A DNA stretch of 64,000 nt from Candidatus Bathyarchaeia archaeon (GTDB taxonomy: Bacteria; Patescibacteriota; Microgenomatia; PFEM01; JAFGMK01), in the NCBI GenBank assembly GCA_035529595.1, contig DATKWK010000035.1, positions 49,067 through 113,066 of the forward strand, given 5' to 3'. The notes beneath the pieces were generated by a model, which made no database searches, was not told the origin of the DNA, and saw nothing but the letters and a program-made list of their open reading frames with translations. Each line of letters starts with the position of its first letter. The stretch's first letter is position 1. Shown piece by piece: positions 9,159-17,959 of the stretch. Position numbers and translations under genes: made by a program.

Positions 9159-9278
9159 ATACCTCAAACACCATCTCAGTCTATCTTTTAACCACCTATC
9201 AGAAATTCAATGGGTATTATCTCCCCCAGTCGATCCAATTTCCTTTATCAATTTAGGTAAATTTGCTAAAATCATTTC

Positions 9279-9842
9279 ATGGGCAAGATAGTGAGTCTGA
9301 AAGATTTAAAATAAAAGAGATTGCCAAAGCCTGTCGTCTTTACTGGTGGTACCTTTGATCTTTTTCATAATGGTCATGCAGAATTCTTGCGGCTATGTAA
9401 AAGTTTTGGTCAAACTTTGGTGGTTTTAGTTTCTAATGATCGGCGGGTAAAGGACAGAAAGGGTTCTTCTAGACCTGTTATTGGAGAAAAAGATAGGTTG
9501 AAATTAGTTAGTTACCTGAAATTTGTTGATTATGCTTTTTTAGGTGGCAGTCTTAGATGTGAAGATAAAAAATTGTGTGCGGCTGTTAAGGCGGACATTT
9601 TAGTTTTGTCTGACGAAAATAAGCAAGAGAAGATGGCTTATTTAAAAAAAAGCTTTAGCAAGGAAGGCCTGGCGAAAGAGATTAAGGTGAAGTTTGTGCC
9701 AGCCAAGTTTTATTCGGCAAGTCTGTCAACTACTAGGTTGATTGAATCAATTAAAAATGGGACGGTTTGGAGGTCGGATATTAAAGAAAAATTTATTAAA
9801 AGAGGTTCATCATCCCACATTGGTAATGAAAAAAGAGCCTAA
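9279..9842 (+). pseudogene. Cytidylyltransferase family (RfaE-II/TagD/RibL-like) with an in-frame stop near the 5' end; TTG 9321 could still give a near-complete protein
   Basis: GGTFDLFHNGH (HxGH), RPV, STT motifs; ATG 9279 reads MGKIVSLKDLK*KRLPKP with TAA at 9312-9314. Confidence 0.65.
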
Positions 9843-9990
9843 ATAAACTAGACTCTCTTATCATTGTCAGATACCAGTTCTGACTACGAACTACCAACAG
9901 CTTATATTATACCAAGAGAATACTACGATACCTACCACCTAGTTTTTTCGCATTATGATATGGATGTTAAACTTGGTAGAATAGGACTTA

Positions 9991-10236
9991 ATGCAAACCA
10001 AAGACGAAAACATCAATCAGATTCCAACCCTCAAGCAAGCCTTGGACAAACTTATGACTTCTGGTACAGTCGTGGGGCAAATATCGGCTCCGATCTCATT
10101 CGAGGACGATTCGATCATCTTCGATAATTCACCACTATCAGCCGTAAAGTCCCTCAAAGTCAATCTGTACTCAACTGAAACAGAGGAAATGGGAATTCTC
10201 CACAAACTTCATACTATGACCAGGAGTGTAGAATAA
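9991..10236 (+). CDS. Small hypothetical protein
   Basis: 81-aa ORF with AGGA upstream of ATG; converges on the next gene. Confidence 0.45.
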   Translation: MQTKDENINQIPTLKQALDKLMTSGTVVGQISAPISFEDDSIIFDNSPLSAVKSLKVNLYSTETEEMGILHKLHTMTRSVE

Positions 10237-10238
10237 GT

Positions 10239-11212
10239 TTATCGTTTACTTTGTCTTGCAGCTTCAATGGCGAATCTGGAGCGATAATCTCCAGGATACG
10301 GACTCCAGCCAAACCCCATTTCGATAATCCCACTGAAATACTGCTGTGTATCAGGCGATAGTGTCGTGAAGTTGTCTATTAACAACCCCAAACCAGGATC
10401 ACTTTTATTGCTCGCAAGCATAAGCTGAAAAGCAAATGGCGGGTATGCAATCTCCTCGACCCATCTCCATATTTTTAACTTGGTATCAATTCGCAGTTGT
10501 GGGCCTTGGATTCTGGCTCTTGGTCCGAAATACAAAAACATTCCTAGTTCCATGCCCGAAGGAATCGCTTCCGTGGATTTTTCCAAAATAATTCGTTTTA
10601 TAGCGGGATACCTACCAGCCAAATCCCATGAACCACTCAAACTGCACATGCACGATAATACCTGTCGCACAAAGGCTCCAGGCTTGACCGCTCCATCTTT
10701 CTTGCTACCGAATGTGACATTCTCCCCAAAAGGCCCGACTGTGTTGTTTAATTGGGGAATAACTCCAGAACCGAAACCATTGATAAACTTATTTGCCTTT
10801 GCCACCCAGTTTTTGTATTCTTCCCCATAAAGTTTTCCAGTCAGTGAGTTGCAATCCCTACAGAGGGTATAACCAAAAATGCCCCCTGTTCAATTAAATG
10901 TTTTGCGTTTGGATTTTCTTCAAGCCGATCTCTCAACCAGTCGTCAAATGAAAGATGAGTGAGTCGCTCTTTATTTCCACTCGCTCTTGGTGGAATATGC
11001 TCTTTTGTCAGATTGGTAACTTTCCCACACAAACGGCATTGTCCTTGTAAGGGTCGTCTGGGAAGCATGGCAACTGTATCTTCAGAAGAAATATCGCCAT
11101 TGACTGCGATCTTTACATAACTGGAAGGAGCTGCTTGTAAAGCTTCATCAAAAAGTCGTTTTACTTCAGGGTCAGTTGGATCAATGTCTTTGGCCACTAT
11201 TTTCCAGCTCAT
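10239..11212 (-). pseudogene. HNH-like Zn-binding endonuclease-domain protein, frameshifted (about 324 aa if restored)
   Basis: CRLCG...LTKEHIPP in ORF 10841-11212; shifting frame at the G5 run 10882-10886 gives GIFGYTLCRDCNSLTG, continuous with ORF 10239-10805. Confidence 0.75.
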
Positions 11213-11233
11213 ATTAAAATTAAGTCTATCTCG

Positions 11234-11737
11234 TTAATGAGTTGGCAAACTACTTACTCCGCATAGCAAGGCCAGTCCGAGAATCACATATACAATGCCA
11301 AACGCCCAAGGGACAAAAAGCTCGACATGAGAGAATGGAAAATATTTGTTATTGTCTTTTCCTTTGCCCAAGATGTCCCACTCATGTTTGTATATTGCCA
11401 AAGGGAGCTGTTTTTCAATGTCATGCAGGACATTGAACTTGCCAGTATTGAGTTGTTTATAAGATCTGATCAAAAACCAAAATATAACACAGATTATGAT
11501 GCCTACAAAGGCCACCATGGCTTTAATCCAAGCGTAACCCTCAAGGATTCTATACTGAATCGAAAGACCAATCAGTGAGATTAAGGCGGTGTTAATGGTG
11601 ATGAAGTAGTTGTTTGCGTTCTGTCGGCGGTCACTGATTTTCTCAATGCTCTCAATATAAAGTTTATACTGCTCCAGGTAGTGATCCTTATACTTTGATC
11701 CGTACTGCTTCTCCGTTTTGACAAATAGGTCGCTCAT
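11234..11737 (-). CDS. Small 3-TM membrane protein, candidate pore-type effector (SLATT-like/RipA-like)
   Basis: LEQYKLY..S.RRQNANNYF..W...I.SY..LN..KF...IE..LP...Y..EW pattern with three hydrophobic segments; probable ATG at 11737 (track start 11773). Confidence 0.75.
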   Translation of the reverse strand: MSDLFVKTEKQYGSKYKDHYLEQYKLYIESIEKISDRRQNANNYFITINTALISLIGLSIQYRILEGYAWIKAMVAFVGIIICVIFWFLIRSYKQLNTGKFNVLHDIEKQLPLAIYKHEWDILGKGKDNNKYFPFSHVELFVPWAFGIVYVILGLALLCGVSSLPTH

Positions 11738-11773
11738 AGTTTGTAAATCCGAAAGCCATAGGCAGAAAGTCAA

Positions 11774-12154
11774 TCAAAGGGAATTGATAAAATTGGCGAT
11801 GCCATCCCAGCTCCACTCAATAACTTTATAGCCATCCAATTCGGCAGGGACTGATCCTTTATCATCTTTGTGTATATGCACTCCCAACATCGGCACACCT
11901 TCTTCGTCTGCACACTGCATTTCCCACTTGGCCCCATCAGCGTTCCAGGTTTTCTTGCTGATCAAAGCAATTACAGCATCACAACTCTTAATCCGTTCCC
12001 TGCATTTGGTTTTCCATGAACTGTCCCAAGGTTCTTTAACGGACATATCAGTAAATTCAAAAGGACTCCGTTTATCTTTGCCCTGTTGAACCAAAAAATC
12101 TCTGGCGTATTCGTCCTCAATGGCGAAGCTGATAAAAACTCGTTTGTTGCTCAT
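11774..12154 (-). CDS. Stand-alone TIR-domain protein (ThsB/MTH538-like)
   Basis: KRVFISF, DMSVKEP, ERIKSCDAVIALIS, AKWE (candidate catalytic Glu), PMLGV. Confidence 0.85.
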   Translation of the reverse strand: MSNKRVFISFAIEDEYARDFLVQQGKDKRSPFEFTDMSVKEPWDSSWKTKCRERIKSCDAVIALISKKTWNADGAKWEMQCADEEGVPMLGVHIHKDDKGSVPAELDGYKVIEWSWDGIANFINSL

Positions 12155-12260
12155 AGTATATAGCTGCTTTCGGGTTTAATTATACTCTTATACAAGCCAG
12201 GGATCAACGAAAAGGGGACGGTTCTCAAACAGCCTCATAATTCGTAAAAGTCGGGACTTG

Positions 12261-12333
12261 TGACCCCACGGGGAATCGAACCCCGATTTTCAGGATGAAA
12301 ACCTGATGTCCTAAGCCATTAGACGATGGGGCC
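12261..12333 (-). tRNA. tRNA-Glu (TTC)
   Basis: Cloverleaf GGCCCCA...TCAGG TTTTCAT CCTGA...GGTTCGATTCC...TGGGGTCA. Confidence 0.95.
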
Positions 12334-12482
12334 TAATGTCTGAAAAAATCAAAAAAAGTTTTGCTTATTTTAGCAGAAAGGCCTTGATACAAGCAAGACA
12401 AAGATAATCTTTTCATTCAATCATACATAATTTTGGGTCCAGTATTTTCCGTTAATCGAGAATCTGTTAAAATCAAACCGTA

Positions 12483-13217
12483 GTGACAACAAAGACTTAC
12501 GATATCCAAATCAAAACAAAGATTAGAATACCCGTTAAGATAGCTCTCGCCAGCGATTTCCACTTGAAACAAAATTCAAGCTCTCTAATTAGAGATTTAG
12601 TACGGACCTTGAATAAAGAACCAGCGGATCTGATCTTTCTTGTCGGTGATTTTGTTCAAAACCATCGGAAACTGCACTTTCTTGACCCTCTTTCCGAGAT
12701 AAGGAATAAAAATATTTTTGCCGTCTTGGGAAACCATGACTTTAACATCAATCTACCTTGGCAAAAGCCAGATTACTTGATAGCGAAGCTAATAGAAAAC
12801 TACTTAAAAAATATGGGTATTAAAGTTTTACGCAACCAGAAGACAAGCGTAAAGATAAGTAACCAATCAATTTCTATAACCGGTATAGACGATCTCTGGA
12901 CCAGGCAACCCTTCCCTGCAGATTTTAGACAGACAGACATCCTTTTATCACATAACCCGGACATCATTCTTTATCCACCAGTGACATCATCACTGATTCT
13001 CTCAGGCCATACTCACGGCGGATCAGTCAGCTTTTACCCGATCAGGCGGCTTTTCTCTTTCTTAAATTGTCGCGTGGGCAGAAGAATTAGCAATGGTCTT
13101 TTTAGCTATGAAAAGCGCCAGGTTTTTATCACGCCCGGAATCGGCAAACTGATGGGCTTGATAAGAAAAGGGGTCAAACCAGAAATTAGCTATCTAACGC
13201 TAAATTGTAGGTATTAA
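12483..13217 (+). CDS. Calcineurin-like metallophosphoesterase (YkuE-like)
   Basis: SDFH, GDF, GNHD, HNPD, GHTHGG. Confidence 0.9.
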   Translation: MTTKTYDIQIKTKIRIPVKIALASDFHLKQNSSSLIRDLVRTLNKEPADLIFLVGDFVQNHRKLHFLDPLSEIRNKNIFAVLGNHDFNINLPWQKPDYLIAKLIENYLKNMGIKVLRNQKTSVKISNQSISITGIDDLWTRQPFPADFRQTDILLSHNPDIILYPPVTSSLILSGHTHGGSVSFYPIRRLFSFLNCRVGRRISNGLFSYEKRQVFITPGIGKLMGLIRKGVKPEISYLTLNCRY

Positions 13218-13266
13218 ACTTCATATTTAAAGTGTATATCGAACTGAAGACAGATTCTTATTGGGA

Positions 13267-15582
13267 TCAGTCTGTTATCAGCTTGTCAAGAATTTCTACT
13301 TCTTTACTTAGGGTTTCATCGCCGATTACTTGTTGCTCAGCCAGCAGATAACGTTTAAAAGCAGCAATTAAGTCTTTATAGCATTGGGAAACTTTAAGCG
13401 GAACGGAAGTTCTCTCCCATTTACTCAACTGGATTTTTTCAGGAATCAGAATTCCGCTAATTGAGTTGATTGAAGGCTCTTCTACTTCCTCATTCATCTC
13501 CCTGCTCTCCCGTTCATCACTTATCCAGATTTTCATCAGATTCGCGTAGCGGCCCAGGAGTATTGCCTTACGAATTCCACTGTTTTGGTAAAAATCCGCC
13601 TCTGAATCTGCAATCAGCGCATTTTTATAATTGCTAAAATATTTACCTTCTCTGTCAGTATACCTGGCCGTTAGTTTGAGCGCCGGCGAGTTAGAATCAG
13701 TCAGTTTTTTTAACTTCAAAAGAACGATGCCGCCTTTCACTCCTTCATCACGCCTTTCCGACGGAAATAGCGTGTTAACTTTCATAATTTCACCTGTTGC
13801 CAGATCTGCTTCCGGTGAACCGTAGACCTTCTCAATGTCAAAGTCAGCTGACGTGACTTCAAGGGCCAAATCAAATACTAACGGCGTAACCATATATTCA
13901 AACCCTTCGTCCATTCTGTACTGGAAATCTTTAGCCGAATGAATAGCATAGTAATTCGATCCCTTGATTTTGGTTATGAATTCAACCAGCTCGGTATTAA
14001 AATCTACGCCAATTCCGATAAAGGTAGTATAGATGACCTCATCTGCATTAATCTTAGTTAATCCTAATAAGCCTTTTTCATCAAGCATCCCGGTATTGGG
14101 TTGGGCATCAGTTAAGAATATAATTCTATTTTCGTAATCTTTTTTACTCAGGTCTTTAAACGCCTGTAAAAGCTGGGTCGCTTCTTGATAACCCGACTCC
14201 ATGTTGGTACTGCCGCTATCGGTAATTTCCAGTACATGCTCCTTTAGTCTGGTAATATTGGTTGTCTCGACTAAGCGCATTGGTTTGGCGACATAACCAA
14301 TGTCGTTATAAAGAACCATTCCATACCTATCCCCCGGCTTAAGATGGTCAAGCAAGGCGACCACAGATTTGTTGGCAATCGCCATTTTGGTCTCATTTGA
14401 ATCTTCAGCCTCCTCAAGTTCTTGTCTATTTCCAAATTGGTCATAGTAATATTTATTAAACGGCGAACCCATTGACGCGGAGATATCAAGAACAATGGCT
14501 AAATTGAGTTTTTTTCTCTCAAATTCTGATTGCTTTATGCCTGAATTGAGACCAACGGCAAGATAATATTCTTTTCCTTGAGACAAAGGATCTTTACTTA
14601 TGGCATAACTGTATGATGGGCAAAACAGCTCAGAGCAAGGCTCAGCTTGGCCGGTTTCAAAATAATAATCATAGAAAAGGCCTTCATAGGTCACGTCAGT
14701 CACCAGCGGCAGGTAACCGTTTTGAATGTTAGCCCGGAAGTTATTGATGTCCTTGGCACCGCCGGTTGATAAACCGATATTTTCCGACATATCAGGCATC
14801 GATTTTAAGTTTGATAGAGGGGCAAATTGTCCCGCAGGAGATAAACCACCGCCGCCGCCGGCTTTAGGTAACGTATTATATTGAAACTGTAATAGATTGA
14901 CTCCAAAAAGCAGATCTCGCAACAGAAAAATTATAATAACCGTAAACAAAAAACCACTAGCAGCTAAATTAAAATTAATTGATATGCTTTTAAGCAATTT
15001 TCTCTTATAGCCCCTAGTGTCTTTCTTAAGTAATTTCCGACTTACCCAAATTAAAAACATTGAAGGTATATAAACAATGGTAATTAGCCAGGAAATCACC
15101 ATTCCTGTCGCTACTACTACCACTGCTCCGGTAATAGAAACCTCATACCAGTTGAAATTTAAGGCAAGATACAGGGAAAAAACTACCGATACCAGACCAA
15201 TAAAAAAGTAGCCCAGTTTCTTTCTTAATTGTTCCTTTGTTCCGAAAAATAAGTTCGGCCTGAATTTCCTGATAACAGAGCCGGCAAATCGATATAGAAG
15301 ATACCAGAGCGAAAGCGGTATCAGGGCAAATAAAACTGAAAAAGCCAATAACAACATTATTTTAACCGGTGTTAAGCCAGACCAGATTTCCTGAACAGAT
15401 AAAATCCTGTCAAGGTTAACACTAGGAACATATTGCCAATCATCTGTTTGTCCGGAGCCAAGAGGAATATTGATTTTAGAAAGAAACTGCTGTGAAATAA
15501 ATGATACTAAAACGATCAAAATTGCACCGATGACAATAAAGTTCCACTTATTTGCAAAGGGTTTATTATTTTTCGCTTCCAT
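13267..15582 (-). CDS. Membrane protein with C-terminal VWA domain
   Basis: Several N-terminal TM segments; MIDAS LDISASM, GST, FLTDA. Confidence 0.85.
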   Translation of the reverse strand: MEAKNNKPFANKWNFIVIGAILIVLVSFISQQFLSKINIPLGSGQTDDWQYVPSVNLDRILSVQEIWSGLTPVKIMLLLAFSVLFALIPLSLWYLLYRFAGSVIRKFRPNLFFGTKEQLRKKLGYFFIGLVSVVFSLYLALNFNWYEVSITGAVVVVATGMVISWLITIVYIPSMFLIWVSRKLLKKDTRGYKRKLLKSISINFNLAASGFLFTVIIIFLLRDLLFGVNLLQFQYNTLPKAGGGGGLSPAGQFAPLSNLKSMPDMSENIGLSTGGAKDINNFRANIQNGYLPLVTDVTYEGLFYDYYFETGQAEPCSELFCPSYSYAISKDPLSQGKEYYLAVGLNSGIKQSEFERKKLNLAIVLDISASMGSPFNKYYYDQFGNRQELEEAEDSNETKMAIANKSVVALLDHLKPGDRYGMVLYNDIGYVAKPMRLVETTNITRLKEHVLEITDSGSTNMESGYQEATQLLQAFKDLSKKDYENRIIFLTDAQPNTGMLDEKGLLGLTKINADEVIYTTFIGIGVDFNTELVEFITKIKGSNYYAIHSAKDFQYRMDEGFEYMVTPLVFDLALEVTSADFDIEKVYGSPEADLATGEIMKVNTLFPSERRDEGVKGGIVLLKLKKLTDSNSPALKLTARYTDREGKYFSNYKNALIADSEADFYQNSGIRKAILLGRYANLMKIWISDERESREMNEEVEEPSINSISGILIPEKIQLSKWERTSVPLKVSQCYKDLIAAFKRYLLAEQQVIGDETLSKEVEILDKLITD

Positions 15583-15629
15583 CCAATCTGATTATTACAC
15601 TAATTGTCCCGTAAGTTCAAGAAACATTT

Positions 15630-16745
15630 TTATTCCCGTTCATAAAATGGTTTCTTAACTACTGCAGCTGTTCGTAGCTGATCATGTATTGTAACTTCTA
15701 CCTGGGTTCCTATTTTAGAATAGCCTCTTTCTACGTATGCGAGGGCAATAGCCCGATTGAGAGTCGGCGACAACATTCCGCTAGTTACCATACCTACCAT
15801 GCAATCACTAACACTAACGGGATAATTTGACCTGGCAATGCCTTTACCAACCATCTGCAAACCAACTAAAACAATGGGACAGCCTTCATGCTTGATTCGT
15901 ATTAAAGCATCCCTGCCTATGAAGTGATCTTTTTTAAACCCGACCGCCCAACCTAAGCCGGCCTGAATAGGATTAATGTCGGGCCCAAGCTCATGGCCAT
16001 AAAGCGGCATACCCGCTTCAAGTCGCAGAGAATCCCGGGCGCCAAGGCCGACCGGCACCGCGCCATTGGCAAGAATCTCATCCCATAACTTCCCCGCATC
16101 GCCTTCAAAAAAAATTTCAAGCCCTTTCTCGCCGGTATATCCGGTACGGGCAACCAAGGCCATTTGCCCGTCTATATCAATCTCAACTATATGATGTCGT
16201 TCCAAAGAAGCAAGGTTAAATCCCGTAAGCGGTTGCAGCACTGCTTCCGCATTTGGACCCTGCAAAGCTAGAGCGCTTCTTCCTCCCGAAATGTCTTCAA
16301 TTTTAACTTGCCGATAAGGACCGCGTTCTTTTTGGTCTTGAAGCCAATCTAAATCAGTCTGCCTGGTTCCGGCATTAACAACAACAAAATACTCTTCATC
16401 AGCTAACCGATAGACAAAAACATCATCAACTGTTCCGCCTTTGGCTTTACAGACTAAAGAATATTTTGCTTCTCCCACCTCTAAACCCGAAAGATCCCTC
16501 GTCATCACTCTCTGAAGGTAAGGCAACGCCTCCGGACCTTCGACGACAACTTGTCCCATGTGACAGATATCAAAAAGACCGGCCGCTGTCCGAACAGCCT
16601 GATGTTCCCTTAATATTGATGTATACCAAATTGGCATTTCCCAATCACCGAAAGTAGCCATATGTGCACCTAAAGCTAGATGGCGATCATGCAGGTTAGT
16701 TGTTTGAACCGGTGACTTAGACGCTAGTCTTTCAACTTTACTCAT
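15630..16745 (-). CDS. gcvT: Glycine cleavage system aminomethyltransferase T
   Basis: GLFDICHMG, ALQGP, ARTGYTGEKG, GLGARDSLRLEAGMPLYGHE. Confidence 0.92.
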   Translation of the reverse strand: MSKVERLASKSPVQTTNLHDRHLALGAHMATFGDWEMPIWYTSILREHQAVRTAAGLFDICHMGQVVVEGPEALPYLQRVMTRDLSGLEVGEAKYSLVCKAKGGTVDDVFVYRLADEEYFVVVNAGTRQTDLDWLQDQKERGPYRQVKIEDISGGRSALALQGPNAEAVLQPLTGFNLASLERHHIVEIDIDGQMALVARTGYTGEKGLEIFFEGDAGKLWDEILANGAVPVGLGARDSLRLEAGMPLYGHELGPDINPIQAGLGWAVGFKKDHFIGRDALIRIKHEGCPIVLVGLQMVGKGIARSNYPVSVSDCMVGMVTSGMLSPTLNRAIALAYVERGYSKIGTQVEVTIHDQLRTAAVVKKPFYERE

Positions 16746-16888
16746 TTAACCTCCCTTAACGGCAAAATTATTCTAATCAGTAAATTGTAAAAAATCATAT
16801 CATTTCTTATAGGTTTATGTCAAACAGAAAATTGACTCTATTTTTCCAATCTATCCGTATTATAATAATTATTTAACAATAAGTTTTT

Positions 16889-17518
16889 ATGTGCGCCCGT
16901 TACGTTTGCTTTGACAGCGAAGATTTTAAAAAAGTCTTTGGTACCATCAATACCTGCCCTTCTTTCCAGTCCTACAACATCGGCCCCGGGACGATAAATC
17001 CAACCATTCTCAGCCAAAGCCCGAGACAGATTGTAATGATGAAATGGGGTTTGATCCCTTTCTGGGCCAAAGATCCCAATATCGGTTACAAAACTATCAA
17101 TGCCCGGGCTGAGGGTATTGAAAACAAACCAGCGTTGTCTCATCCCGACTAACGGCTTTTATGAATGGAAAACCTTAAAATTGAAAGAACGGCCGGAAGA
17201 GATACCCTGGTTCATTGGCCTTAAGGATAGGGATATCTTCGCTTTGGCTGGAATTTTTGATATCTGAAAGATGCCGAGGAAAAAGAATTTTGGAGCTATT
17301 CAATTATCACTACTGAACCTAATAATCTTGTTTCGAATATTCATGACCGAATGCCGGCAATTCTTGATCAAAAGAACGAAGACTCTTGGCTTGAACAAAC
17401 AACTCCCTTACCAAAAATATTAGACCTATTAAAACCCTATCCGGCCGAAGAAATGGTCAGTTGGCCGGTTTCCAACCCACCTTGGGATCCAGATCAATTT
17501 GAAGAAGGTGTTAAGTGA
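16889..17518 (+). pseudogene. SOS response-associated peptidase (SRAP/YedK) pseudogene
   Basis: MCARY, WGLIPFW, INARAE; in other frames RCLIPTNGFYEW and IHDRMPAIL; deletion/frameshifts near 17131 and 17265. Confidence 0.85.
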
Positions 17519-17691
17519 TTAAACATCTTGCCTACTGCCTAAAATCAACTGACGAAAAAGACAAACAAGTCCTCTCAATTGATTCCCAACTTCAAGAATT
17601 AAAAGACTTTGCCAAAAAAGAAAATCTCCAGATAGTAGAAATAATTCATACACGCCGGGTGTGTAATTATATTGACACCTTGGGTATTTAA
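17515..17691 (+). pseudogene. Serine recombinase N-terminal remnant
   Basis: VIKHLAYCLKSTDEKDKQVLSIDSQLQELKDFAKKENLQIVEI resembles the Y.RKS....Q..S...Q catalytic start; similarity stops at the palindrome at 17650. Confidence 0.75.
17650..17683. other. Third copy of the ACAC-N7-GTGT-N7-TTGACACCT site
   Basis: ACAC GCCGGGT GTGT AATTATA TTGACACCT TGG; same spacing as 6564 and 9032. Confidence 0.65.
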
Positions 17692-17717
17692 TGACTTTCG
17701 AGGAGTATTTTTCATCT

Positions 17718-17738
17718 GTGAGCCCGGGAGGGATCGAA
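17718..17738. repeat. Perfect 21-bp duplication of the tRNA-Lys 3' end
   Basis: GTGAGCCCGGGAGGGATCGAA identical to 17887-17907. Confidence 0.92.
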
Positions 17739-17847
17739 GACGCCTCGTAAGGCTTTACATAAATGCTAGGCAGTAAACGTTATCCAAGATAATTTTCGAA
17801 GTCTCAATCGTTACCTTGCATTATCAGAGTTTCTCGCCCTCACCCGG

Positions 17848-17887
17848 CTCAACAAAAACCTCCCCAAAAAGGGGAATTTTTGTTGAG
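17848..17887 (-). terminator. Hairpin immediately downstream of tRNA-Lys
   Basis: CTCAACAAAAA-TTCCCC-TTTTT-GGGGAGG-TTTTTGTTGAG. Confidence 0.65.
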
Positions 17888-17959
17888 TGAGCCCGGGAGG
17901 GATCGAACCTCCGACACCTTGCTTAAAAGGCAAGTGCTCTACCACTGAGCTACGGGCCC
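17888..17959 (-). tRNA. tRNA-Lys (TTT)
   Basis: GGGCCCG...CTTGC CTTTTAA GCAAG...GGTTCGATCC...CGGGCTCA. Confidence 0.95.

Larger units (their letters stand above)
9143..12275. mobile_element. ~3.1-kb integrated island at tRNA-Glu, no intact integrase
   Basis: Flanked by a direct repeat of the tRNA 3' end; accessory and defence-like cargo. Confidence 0.65.

Noticed and set aside
9864-10127. 87-aa ORF
   Set aside because: TTG start, overlaps the better-supported 9991-10236 ORF in another frame
12211-12226. GGGGACGGTTCTC motif resembling REP-like element ends
   Set aside because: Single copy, with no inverted partner or transposase seen
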